Source of the DNA: Octopus sinensis
Lineage: Eukaryota
Direction of reading: 5' to 3'
Assembly: GCF_006345805.1 (NCBI RefSeq)
Contig: NC_043003.1
Location: 64,418,001-64,482,000 of the forward strand
DNA: 64,000 bases
The notes beneath the pieces were generated by a model. It was not told where the DNA came from. It saw only the letters and a list, made by a program, of their open reading frames with translations, and ran no database searches. Every line of letters starts with the position of its first letter. The stretch's first letter is position 1. Of this stretch, positions 1 to 12,269 are shown piece after piece. Position numbers and translations under genes: made by a program.

Positions 1-184
1 GCCTTCCATACACCACATGCACTCACAAGACATCAATCAGTCCTGTGTGTGTGTGTGTGGTATGTCTTTGCTTTTGTCTCTCACACTGTTTTCATGCAGG
101 TCCTTTGATGTACAGATATATGCATTTCTAGTTTAACTTTTTTACCGTTGATTTTTTTTATATGTCTGTAACTTAGCAGTGCGG

Positions 185-530
185 TGAAAACGATCGATAG
201 AATAAATGTGTTATGTCGCAATACTACACAGTGGCTGTGTGAGCTACGAAATCCCCGTCGCCACTGTTATGTCGCACGTTCGGATACCTCTACTACTCAC
301 TTCTACTTTGGCTCGACTCTTCACAGCTGTGCTCTCGACGTCTTGGCTTCTCCCTCTATATCTACGTACTGGGCTAGCCTACTTCATCGTCTGGGGGCGT
401 CCACACAACAAAATGCCAAACTTAAAAATAAGTACTAGGGGCCGATCAGCTCAACTAAACCCTTCCAGGCGGAGCCCCAGCATGGCTGCAGTCCAATGAC
501 TGAAGCAAATAAAAGATAAAAGAATGGACT
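185..530 (+). mobile_element. 3' part of tRNA-derived SINE (family A), interrupted by an LTR remnant
   Basis: GATAGAATAAATG...CCAAACTTAAAAATAAGTACT...CCAGCATGGCTGCAGTCCAATGACTGAAGCAAATAAAAGATAAAAG matches the 3' module of the copies at 24935-25335 and 62790-62995. Confidence 0.8.
209..410 (-). mobile_element. LTR-retrotransposon remnant: 146 bp LTR + PBS + last 12 bp of LTR, 5 bp TSD
   Basis: Ends are TGTT...AACA. AAATG is duplicated at 204-208 and 411-415. On the minus strand the LTR end ...TGCGACATAACA (265) is followed by G-TGGCGACGGGGAT (PBS-like), and TGCGACATAACA recurs at the terminus (209-220). Confidence 0.75.
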
Positions 531-729
531 AGACTTACACATATCTCTACATCAGATGATCAGAATGAAAGCATCATTATTTTCTCTTCTCACTGGAATG
601 TTTGTATGTGTGTGTGTAATTTGGTGAGTATGTGTGTATGCTTATGTGTGTGTACCTGCGTGCGTATGTATGAATGTATGTATATATATGTTTGAAAGTA
701 TGTATGTGTGTGTGTGTGTATGAGGAGAA

Positions 730-1125
730 CTCAGAAATCTCCTCGTAAGGAGATCCACATCGCCTTGGCCGAACAACCAGGCACTTTTAAATGTGATCTT
801 CGATAATGCAAATCCTTTCCCTACATTAACAATACTATAATCACCTCAAGACAGGATCATATTACTCAAAATTGTTGCAAACCGTCTAACCTTACATATT
901 GCACCATATGCAAATTTTCGGTACCTTTTGCATTGGAGAAAGCGGCCAACGGCTTGCTGATCGCTTTCGGGAGTATATTTGAAGCCTACTGCTACGTATG
1001 CCTGGCCAATCTGCTGCCACCCACTTTAACAATACAGGTCAGTGAAACGGAGGGAACAAGGATTCTTATTCGAACTTGGAACCATGTCACTGACAGGCTT
1101 AAATGAACGTTTTCCCTTCTGCTCT
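730..1125 (+). mobile_element. Decayed Penelope-like element, GIY-YIG endonuclease C-terminal region
   Basis: Broken reading QPGTFKC...SNLTYCTICK...CIGESGQRLADRFREYI...[20 protein letters not shown] resembles a PLE GIY-YIG domain and C-terminus. Confidence 0.7.
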
Positions 1126-1180
1126 TACACCACCTCTTGATTCTTTAAACCATTTCTTATCCTTCAAATGTATACATATG

Positions 1181-1248
<68 letters not shown>

Positions 1249-2780
1249 CATGCACACATACATTCATACATGTATGCGTACATACATACATACATACATC
1301 CATACATTCATACATACATACATACATACATACATACATACATACATACAGACAGACAGACAGACAGACAGACAGATATAATAGGTGAATGTCTGCATTC
1401 TCAAGCGAAATACATAGAATTTTCATATTTTATTAGTGAAACGTTAGTGTAAATTTTACGTTGTTGATTATTCAAGGGATTGAATTAAGGAGCTGCGTGA
1501 CAGAGTCTAAGAAAAGATATTTGTAAAAAACATCAAAATGTAATTCGTCAAAATATTATAAGTCATCAATATTTGATTGATTGCCAAAGAAAATGCGTCA
1601 AAACATTTACTAACTTCGTATTCTTTCACTTAATAAAATATGTGATGTCTTAATATCTTTGGTATTGTATGACTCTGTCAGTTTGAGTGTTTGGGTAACT
1701 CTCTACTCTAGAAGTTCAAATCTCGCAAACTTTACCTTTAATCCTGTTCGGGATTCTCTGGCCGAAGTGTTCAAATTCGTTACGCCATAGGTAAAAAAAA
1801 GACAAAAATAACAAACACTGTCACTGCCGCGCCGCCGCTTCCACCACCACCACCACCACCACCACCAATATTATTTGTGAAAATAAAGAAGGAGGAATTT
1901 TCTAATGAAGTTTTAGTGTTGATAACCATTTAAAAAAATCATATACTATTTTTTAAGATATTGCAAACCTAGCAAGTAAGAACTAAATTGTTGCAACGAG
2001 TTAGAAGTCGGGTATTCTTCAATAAATATCAATTGAAGTGTCTGCAAGAATTCGACAAATCTGATCTTTTATTCAAAATTACAAAAACTGTAACAAGATC
2101 TTATACTTCTCCGAGGGGCACAGATTACATTTTCTGGAACCGTTAAATGCAACGGAACACGTATTATAAAATAGATCAATCGGTTTTATAATTGTACAAT
2201 TAAAACTAGTTTCAATTGCAGATATATTTAAAATGGGTGGTGAAGATGCATCTGTCTGGGTGTTTAAATTCATACACATGCTGCAAGATAATTTTTTTTG
2301 TAAAGGGATTTTTGATACGACTAATCATATTCCAATGTGATTTCGGACATTGATGTCTATATTGTCACGCTGCTTTCATACATTTCGTCATTTGAATAAT
2401 TGACAGCATAAAACTCAGAGTAACGATACAAGAAGTTTTAGTTCCTAATACACACACATACACTCACTCACTCACTCACTCACTCACCCATTCACACATA
2501 CACACTACAAACAAGCATGCATACATATATGCTTATGTATGTGTGTTAGAGTATGTATGTGTATAAGTAAAAAAGGAAAGAGTGAGAAGAAGAGGGAGAG
2601 AGAGAGAGACAGACAGAGTGAGCGAGAGATAACTGTGTCATTTTCTTGCATTCAGCGAGCAAAACGAGGGGAAAGTCCCTTAGAAATAACCCATGCCTTT
2701 CAAAGTTCAGATTTCAATCAGTACCTATCGCTTATATAAATACACTCGCATATATATATATATATATATGTATATATATG

Positions 2781-2867
<87 letters not shown>

Positions 2868-2884
2868 TATATATATGTTATATG

Positions 2885-2936
<52 letters not shown>

Positions 2937-2960
2937 TAGTATATATATAATATATATATA

Positions 2961-3003
<43 letters not shown>

Positions 3004-4109
3004 CATGTATATATATATGTGTGTGTATGTGCTTCTTGTGTAACCGAGTACTTTCTGTGGGGGTGTATCTGTGTGTCTACGTGCGTGTGTACGTGTGCAT
3101 GAATAAAAAAAATTAATATGATTTTTTCTTCCTTTTTCCCCTCCTTTTGTTGTGTAATTCTATGAACGTGTTTTCCTTCCTCTAGATATCTTTATACTGA
3201 AGAAATGGGCGGACTGGAAACATGCATTGACGAGAACGGTAGAATAACGGAAAAGACAATGACACCTTGTATTTATTTACAAACGGAATAGGAAGTTCAT
3301 CTGAATGGGGGAATGTGTCTGGTTGGGCCGTATTATTTATCATAATGAGACTACTATTAGTTTACATACAATAGCTGTGCGCGGGGTAGTGATCTTTGCT
3401 TTGAATCTGGTGTTGTTGGAGGCGGTGATGGTTTTAATGGTGTTAATGGAGGCGGTGATGGTTTTAATGGTGTTAATGGTGGCGGTGATGGTTATGAGAC
3501 TAACGACGGTGGCTGTGATGATGGTAAAGATTGCGGCGCGTAATAATGTGTGAGACTCATTTGGAGGAAATGATTCACTCTTTCAAATTCACTAAGCATA
3601 TCTATCATCACTTACTCCCCCCCCCGTCTCTGTCTCACTTTCTCTCAGTCTCTTTCTCTCTATCTTCTTTCTTTTACTAATTCAACCCCCGCCTCAGCTG
3701 TCTCTTCCTCTATCTTTACCCATTTATCTATTTCTATTATTTTTTTGTTTTCTTCTGCCTCTTCTTCTTCTTCTCCTTACATTTCTTTCTGTCTTTGTCT
3801 TCTGCCCTTTTTCCTCACCACGACTCTCATTTTCCTTTCTCTCTCTCTCTCTCATTTATGTGTACTTAACTTGTTTTTCATCACCCTGTTTCCTGCATCT
3901 CCGGGCTTTCTGTGTCGTACCTACTTTTTCTTTGGGCTTTTGCATAGTTTCTACCTTCCAAATTTCAGCCATAAGATATTGGCCAACCTGAAGATTTCGG
4001 TGCTTCATTGGGGATTCGAACTTGGAACACGTTGCTGCGAATGAAATTTTTAATGACACTGTCATGCATATACCAGATTTATTTCAATGTCAATATTACC
4101 AGTCAATAT

Positions 4110-4310
4110 AAGGTGGTGAGCTGGCAGAATCGTTAGCACACCGGGCGAAACGCTTTACGTTCTGAGTTCATATTCCATCGAGATCGACTTTGCCTTTCAT
4201 ACTTTCGGGATCTATAAAATAAGTACCAGTTGAACACTGGGGTCGATTTAATCGACTTAGCCCCTCCTCGAAACCTACTAGCTTGGTGCCAAAAATCGAA
4301 GCCAATATTA
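4110..4310 (+). mobile_element. tRNA-derived SINE family B (MetaSINE-like central domain)
   Basis: GGTGAGCTGGCAGAATCGTTAGCAC head plus GCCTTTCAT.CTTTCGGG.TC.ATAAAATAAGTACCAG domain; many copies in window. Confidence 0.8.
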
Positions 4311-4619
4311 TCAATGTAAGAATATGTATTCTCTGCATCAAATTACAATGTGTGTGTGAAATGAAGAAATATGTAAATCAATTTTATGTTACATATGTTT
4401 CGATGACCGGCCATTTATTTCATATTACATACATGGATCATGCCATGTTGTATAATAAACTTACAGTCGGTTCGCTTCATCAAACATTTTCATTTCGACT
4501 TACAATCGATATAGGTCGATTTAAAATAATAAAGGACGATTGTTGATGGGGATGGACGGACTGCTCTTCTTGGGAACGGTAGGCATTATAGCAATTTTTC
4601 GGAACGGACTATATTCCTG

Positions 4620-4660
<41 letters not shown>

Positions 4661-4724
4661 GGTGGGTGTGAGAGAGAGAGAGAGAAGCAGATAGACTCTG
4701 AAGAGTTTGGTTTTATTATTTCAG

Positions 4725-4810
4725 GTGTATTATTCGAAGGCAATAAAAAGACCGTAGTCAGAGATGGTAGATATTTTGCTTTGATGCAACCAGAGGTACT
4801 TCCGCACATG
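4725..4810 (+). CDS. Candidate internal host exon (86 nt, phase 1 to phase 0), product unknown
   Basis: Acceptor TTATTATTTCAG|G and donor ATG|GTATGT, with open frame (G)VLFEGNKKTVVRDGRYFALMQPEVLPHM in non-repetitive sequence; no homology recognised. Confidence 0.3.
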
Positions 4811-5116
4811 GTATGTACGTCTACATAATGGTGAAGACTGTATTCTTCGTGTGTAGAGCCAAAGTGTATCTGCGTGTGAACCATTTGCATTTACGACTCA
4901 CATCTATTTTTGTTCTCACTCTTTGATACCATTGCTTCTCCATATCTTTGTTCTGCTTGTATGTCTCACGCTCACTACTGCATTCAAAATGGATGTACAT
5001 ATCTCTAAATAAAACGCAGTTTCCCCAAATCTCCAACGACATTATCTTCACAATTTTCGCCACCTTTCTGTTCTCTCCCTCTCTGCAGTTGAAATATGTG
5101 ACAAACATATTTCAAC

Positions 5117-5438
5117 TAACCTACATTGTGATTATACGTAAACACTGCTCTGCGCCGTTACTCCGATATTTTTCTCGATCGGGAAAAATAATTCAATGTG
5201 TTATCTGAATTATATAAAAAGCGATAAGCTTTATTTAGTGCTTTCAGAGTTGTCTCTCTTAGGTAGATCTCATCGACAAGAGTCAATAAACTCGAAACAT
5301 CGATGCCTGAGATATCCGAGAGATGGTGACAACGAACAGAGTGTTTTCACACCTTTTTACCATAAGAGAGAATTTTTTCTCCACAGTAACCTAAATTGTG
5401 ATTATACGTAAACACCGCTTTGCACCATTACTCCAATA
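5117..5438 (+). mobile_element. 270 bp unit bounded by ~50 bp direct repeats and containing a hammerhead motif (PLE pLTR or retrozyme-like)
   Basis: TAACCTA(C/A)ATTGTGATTATACGTAAACAC... occurs at 5117 and 5387, with an HHR motif in between. Confidence 0.6.
5267..5313 (+). ncRNA. Type I hammerhead motif with variant core (U3-A8, C4) and cleavage triplet reading GCC
   Basis: ATCTCA-TCGACAA-GAGTcaataaACTC-GAAA-CAtcgaTG-CC-TGAGAT: 6 bp stem I, 4 bp stem II, palindromic stem III. Confidence 0.6.
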
Positions 5439-5866
5439 TATAAGAAACGAAACGAAACCAAACGAATCGAATCGAATCGACGCGAAGGCGCTCAGTCATA
5501 CAATAGTGTAATAAATAAAATATATGCATACATACACACATATATGTACGTACCTACATCTACATGTATATATACATGCATATATAAATATATATACGTG
5601 TGTACAGGACACCACAAATAGACGTAGAACTCAACGAGAAACGAAAACGTAAAAACAGCATGGAACGGACCATTCCTTTAACAACGAAAAAACAGAGTAC
5701 AAGACAACTACACAAGGAAAAATCCCATATATTTACACGTGTTTGTGTGTATGCGTGGGTTTTTACATGTGTGTGTGTGTACATGTGTCTGTGTAAGAAA
5801 GAAAGAGAGAAAAGTGTTATATATTTACGCATGCAGCATATAATTGTACACACACACACACACACA

Positions 5867-5897
<31 letters not shown>

Positions 5898-6186
5898 CAA
5901 ACGTAATACTTAAAACAACAAACGGCCGTGTAGTTTAATTCATATGATCCATCCAAGCGTTCTAATCGCCCGCTCCTCAATTGAAAGACATCTTTATGAC
6001 AGTATGTCAATATTTTAATTAACTGCTCATTTTAATTGATGTACTTTAAAATTGCGTAATGACAAATCACTTCAAATTATTCTCAAGTGTCGAAGTTAAT
6101 TTGAAATGGGTGTTTTGTATAGAGAGAAATTATTGTGATTGTAGAAGTAGTGGATACAATGATTGTGATAGTAGTAGTAGTAATAG

Positions 6187-6225
<39 letters not shown>

Positions 6226-6504
6226 TAGTAGCAGTAGTAGCATTTGTAGTAGTAGTAGTCGTTGTACTAATAGAATGATGAGAAAAATGGAAGTGGTTTT
6301 GTGAAAGGTGACCATTGAGTTACTAAATATCACTAAGTATACGGGGTTAGTGGTGGTGTCGAAATGAATCATTCAGCTCACACATACGCGCACGCGCACA
6401 CACACGTAAATGCATAGAGAGAGAGAGGGAGAGGAGGGAGAGAGAGATAAATGCGCATAAGCCGAATTACCAAAGTATTATTGAAATCGTTTGAAAAAAA
6501 TGTG

Positions 6505-6637
6505 AGGCTTACCAACCACATGGTTCCGGGTTCAATTCCACTGCATGGCACCTTGGGCAAGTGTCTTCTACTATAGCCTCACGCTGACGAAAGCCTTGTG
6601 AATGGATCTGGTAGACGGAAACTGAAAGAAGCCTGTC

Positions 6638-6640
<3 letters not shown>
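6505..6640 (+). mobile_element. SINE family A, 5' module
   Basis: CCAACCACATGGTTCCGGGTTCAATTCCACTGCATGGCACCTTGGGCAAGTGTCTTCTACTATAGCC...GACGGAAACTGAAAGAAGCC, followed by (TA)n. Confidence 0.85.
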
Positions 6641-6683
<43 letters not shown>

Positions 6684-6834
6684 CACGTACACGAAACTTT
6701 AAGTCAAACTGTTATACCAAGAATACTATTACAACTATGTTTTGACTGCTACTTTCGTTCGTTTGTTCATTCATGCATGTATATAATTCTCTTTTCCCCC
6801 CTCTCTCTCTCTATCTCTCACTCCATATCTCTCG

Positions 6835-7046
6835 TTTACTCTTTTACTTGTTTCAGTCATTTGACTGCGGCCATGCTGGAGCACCGCCTTTAGTCGAGCA
6901 ACTCAACCCCGGGACTTATTCTTTGTAAGCCCAGTACTTATTCTATCGGTCTCTTTTGCCGAACCGCTAAGTAACGGGGACATAAACACACCAGCATCGG
7001 TTGTCAAGCAATGCTAGGGGGGCAAACACAGACACACAACCCCCAC

Positions 7047-7090
<44 letters not shown>

Positions 7091-7255
7091 TACGACGAGC
7101 TTCTTTCAGTTTCTGTCTACCAAATTCACTCACAAGGCTTTGGTCGGCCCGAGGCTATAGTAGAAGACACTTGCCCAAGATGCCACGCAGTGGGACTGAA
7201 CCCGGAACCATGTGGTTGGTAAACAAGCTACTTACCACACAGCCACTCCTGCCCC
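6835..7255 (-). mobile_element. Full-length SINE family A (tRNA-like head, internal microsatellite, 3' module)
   Basis: High identity to the plus-strand copy at 24935-25335; B-box-like GGTTCAGTCCC. Confidence 0.9.
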
Positions 7256-7256
7256 T

Positions 7257-7585
7257 GAAGGCGCATGGCTCAGTGGCTGGAGCGTCGAGCTTACGATCAT
7301 GATATTGTGAGTTAGATTCCCAGATCGGGCTGCGTGTTGCGTTCTTGAGCAAGACACTTTATTTCACATTGCTCCAGTTCACTCTGCTGTAGAAAAGAGT
7401 TGCGACGTCACTGGTGCCAAGCTGTATCAGCCTTTGCCTTTCCCTTGGATAACATCGGTTGTGTGGAGAGGGGAGGTATGCATGGGCGACTGCTGGCCTT
7501 CCATAAGCAACCTTGCCGGACTTGTGCCTCGGAGGGTAACTTTCTAGGTGCAATCCCATGGTCATTCATAACCGAAAGGGGTCAC
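7257..7585 (+). mobile_element. tRNA-derived SINE family C
   Basis: GGCGCATGGCTCAGTGG A-box head; GTTCTTGAGCAAGACACTTTATTTCAC central motif typical of SINE core domains. Confidence 0.7.
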
Positions 7586-7625
7586 TCCTTTATATATGTA
7601 TGTGTGTGTGTGTAAGTGCGTGTAT

Positions 7626-7672
<47 letters not shown>

Positions 7673-7739
7673 TATATATGAATGTGTGTGTATGTAGTGA
7701 TGAGATTATGCTGATTGATCAGGCTACGAATGACAAAAT

Positions 7740-8250
7740 AGCAAAGAGCCCACTGTCGAAAACAAGCGCAACTTTAAACAGACCCGTTCTGTGGAAATTC
7801 TTTTGAAAAACATTTCACACGGAACCGATGCAGCAAGAGAGACTACAAGTAGGACATTTAGAATTATTTATGCGCATCATATGAACTCATTCCATAATGT
7901 ATGTAGAATGAGCTGGACGTCTGTACTGCGTCAAATTGCGAGCTTCAAAGAGAAAAATAGAAGCATTATAAGTTTGGCAATAGTGGACAGCGATATACAT
8001 ATGTTAATGGTTCTGATAAGTATCCGCTAAATGTTGCAAAAAATAATACAACATAAGAACAATTTATGTCTATTCAACAAGAAAAATGAGATTGTGTATT
8101 GACGCAGACACCAGAACAAATTTATGTTGAGAATTGATCCCAGGTGCAGTCAGAGCAAATAGACAACTTGTTTTGACAATAGTAAAAGCAACAGTTATGC
8201 CCACTATACAGGATCTTGTCCACATTACACTAATATTATAAATGACCAAA
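7740..8250 (+). mobile_element. Possible heavily decayed Merlin/IS1595-like transposase remnant
   Basis: Fragmentary readings (K*YNIR; GAVRANRQLVLTIVKATVMPTIQDLVH) loosely resemble ISXO2-type motifs; weak. Confidence 0.2.
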
Positions 8251-9654
8251 AGTAGATTGATGAGTAAAAACAGGTAGATTAATCGATTGACTAATGTAAA
8301 TGAGAGGTAAAATGCATCAAGAAAGGAATGTAGTCGTTAGAATATATAACAGAATCACAGGGAAAATTGCTGTGGAAAATCGTAGCCATCATAAATTTCA
8401 GCTGAAATATTTAATGACTCTATATTTAACTGATTCTATATTTTTCTCAACTCTATATAGACAAAAGGTTAAGCTGAGCCCGGCAGAGTTCGGACTAAGG
8501 ATTTAAAGAGATATAAATAAGTACTGAAAGTCATTCAGTTCAATATCCCACATATTCTTATAACAATATTTCTTTTTCGACATAGGGAAAAGATCATAAA
8601 ATAGGGCTGGTCCTCACTATATTATGACTAATTATATTCTGTTACTTTCACAAATATCTTTTCTTAGATATTGTCACACATCTTCCTTAATTCAAACCAG
8701 CAACGTAAAATTTGCTCTAACAATTCAAAAAGCTTCTGTTTCTAATAAATTATGAAAACCCGATATGAGTACCTCTTCATTTCTACATGCAAACATTCAC
8801 CTATGTATGTATGTATGTATGTATGTATGTATGTATGTATGTATGTATGTATGTATGTATGTGTTTGTATGCATGTATGTGTATTTATGTATGTATTTCG
8901 ACTTAACTCATGGCTCTGACGAACCTTCTTGTCTTGTGCCCTCTCTGAAGACCTTTAAACCTTCATCCGCATCTTGTCTCTGACGCATCGTTTCTGAGCT
9001 GAGCTTCCAGTTAGTCATAAGTCCTTTTATGCAAATACCTTCTTTCCTCGAACTGCTGTTCTCCGGAACTCATTACCGTCGTCATTTTTCGCTTTGATTT
9101 AATATATTAATTTTTTATTAAGCTTTCTGTTCATCAACTTCTTTTGAATTTGTGGGTCCCTATTTTCCTCTTCTTCGTAGTCTCTTAGGCCACAGTGGCC
9201 TCAAGCCTTGTTTGGGTCAAAACCGTTAAAAAGAAATCACTCTGACTGGTCTTTATCGATTCTCTAAAGAATATCAACTAAAACTATCCTCGGTAGGATC
9301 TGAACTCGGAATGCAAAGCGCTGTAGCAACTGCTGCAAAAACTTTTCGTTGCGGCACTACCAATATCAGTAATACACCGCCTACTCCAATAATAATAATA
9401 TTAATAATATAAATAATATATCTACTAATGCGATTAAAGTGAATAAATATTTGAAGAGGGTCGCCCCCGTAATAAATTAGAAGAAATAAAGCAGAAGCAT
9501 TTCTGATAATATAAATATAGAAACAAAAGAGTTCGTGAGGGTTGTGAGATTTAACTCCCAGTCTACGGTTTCACTGCTGCCGACGGAACGAATTTAAATG
9601 TAAGCAGGTCAGCCGTAAGAACTGCGCCCAGTTGCTAAGTAAACAGGATTCCAT

Positions 9655-9679
9655 AATAATAATAATAATAATAATAATA

Positions 9680-9718
<39 letters not shown>

Positions 9719-9720
9719 TG

Positions 9721-9757
<37 letters not shown>

Positions 9758-9759
9758 TG

Positions 9760-9803
<44 letters not shown>

Positions 9804-10011
9804 CTTAACAACAATGATGATAATGAAGAGGATAAAGACGATGATAATGATAATGAAGATAACGATGATGATAATGATAATGCTGACGACGACAACGATG
9901 ATGATGATGGTGATGATGATGATGACGGTGGTGGTGATGATAATGATGATGATGATGGTGATGACGGCTACAGGGCGTCGCCTGTTAAAAAAACAAATGC
10001 ACTAGAACATT

Positions 10012-10076
<65 letters not shown>

Positions 10077-10080
10077 GTTA
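9655..10080. repeat. Compound trinucleotide microsatellite (TAA)n to (TGA)n/(TGG)n, then inverted (TTA)n
   Basis: Direct reading; source of spurious poly-I/M ORFs. Confidence 0.95.
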
Positions 10081-10653
10081 TTGCATTTTCCTTACTGTCA
10101 TATTTTCTGTTTTCATTTACATTTTTTTTTCTTTTCTCTCGTTTCTTTGTACTCAATTTAACCCAGGAGAATTATTTACATTTTCGGAGTATTTATTTCC
10201 ATATTTTGTTGATGTTTCTATTGAAATGCTCATCGTGCTACACGCTAAATGTGTTTCATAGAGTTGAAAGAACACCGTTGTATGTTTAGTGTCAATAGGA
10301 AAGTTGAACTGTTGGCTTTTAAGGTTGGAGACTTTATAGGATAATTGAGCGGGAAAAATTTAGTTCATTATTTCACACCAACCAAAACACTCGGGTGAAA
10401 CAACCAATACACTCACGTATGTGTGTATGTATGTATGTATGTATGTATGTATGTATGTATGTATGTATGTATGTATGTCTGTATATAAATACACACCACA
10501 TATATAATATAATATAATATAATATAATATAATATAATATATAATATAATATAATATAATATAATATAATATAATATATATATATATAATATAAATAATA
10601 TATAAATATATGCATATATACATACATATATGTACATACCTACATACACACAG

Positions 10654-10701
<48 letters not shown>

Positions 10702-10906
10702 ACACACATATATATATATATAATCAAAATAAGCAAAAAGGATATCCAGCATACCTCTGAATGTCCTTGTTGCTTATTTTGATTTTAATCACCTTATTTT
10801 GAAATTATATAGATAATACCATACTAAATTCTGGTGCCTCAACTTAAGTACCATATTCACCTGAATCTAAATTTTTTACTACATACACACACACACACAC
10901 ACACAC

Positions 10907-10952
<46 letters not shown>

Positions 10953-12269
10953 TATGTACATAATTCTTGTGGATGGCAGGTTTAGAAAGGAAGGTATGTC
11001 CAGCTGAGCTTAGTTTGAGAGTGAATAAAGAATATTTAATCCATAATCGTTATTAGACAAGCTGCCGATGAACCATATGTAAATACATACACACACACAC
11101 ACACTTACACACACACAGACACGCACACACACACACACACACAGAGTTTATTGTTTAGTTGTAGGATCAAGAAAAAATGTTCATCAAGTGAGTGATAAGT
11201 ATCATTTGATATATACAGTAATGAAAAAAAAAGCCATTTATAGTTTCATACCATGGAAACACGATAATTTGGCAGACTTATATAACGTGCCTTGGATCTC
11301 CAGGCTCAGTGCATATGGTTAGTCCTATTTGAAAACCGGGATGCTGGTCTATGAGAAAACACGAGAAAAAAATAAGAAGGTTGATGCAAAAAGTGGAAAG
11401 AGATGACAAAGAATGGATAAACTGGAAAAAAAAAGGAAAGAAGAAAAAGAAAACCAAGAGTTGCGTCCCTTTTGTCAGTAGAAATCACAGTTAATCTGGC
11501 TGGTGTAGAATAATTCAACAGTGACAAGACCAAAGTCTAAGATACTCTAGCTCAATCCTACTGTTCGACAAAAGAAATTTGGCTATGTGGTTGCATTTGC
11601 TGAAAATTTCGGATTTGCATTTAAGAGGTGTGGTGGGATTCTTGGATCTAAAGGAATGCATATATGTATGTATGTGCACATTTATGCTTATATGTATGTA
11701 CGTAAGCATGTGTGTGTATGCATGTATGTATGCATACGTTCATGTATGCTTATATGTATGTAAGTATGTACGTATGTATGTATGATATAGAAGACGAGAA
11801 AAGCAGTAACATCCCATTCGAGAACCGAACATCGCTCTATCTTCTGCGAAACATATAGCTGTACTAACCTCTATACGGAGACAGTACAACTTCAACCATC
11901 CAAATTAAAAGCCTTGACCTAAAAAGCTAGGATACATACATACATACATACATACATACATACATACATAAATACATATGCTTAATTTGTAGAGTAAGAA
12001 GATAACCAATAGTTCCAAGTAGAAGTGATATACACTACTATTCAAGATAACAACTTGGGAATGTTGCTACTTGTCTCCATTTTGCATGGGAATACAGGAG
12101 GTTACGCAAGACTATACGGGATTTCAAAATAAATTCACAGGTCAGGCTACGTAACTTATAAGAATATCGTCATCGTTATCTCTCTTGCATTAGCCCCGAA
12201 ATTTTACAATTTTACAGCATAGTTTAATTAATTCTTTAATTATTTTATGCCATACGAAATCATTCAGCG

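Noticed and set aside
3190-3230. CTGAAGA...GAAACATG hammerhead-like relic
   Set aside because: Stems I and II do not pair; at best a very old pLTR
3417-3500. 30 bp tandem units (GGAGGCGGTGATGGTTTTAATGGTGTTAAT), superficially CRISPR-like or Gly-rich coding
   Set aside because: Head-to-tail minisatellite without spacers, in eukaryotic DNA
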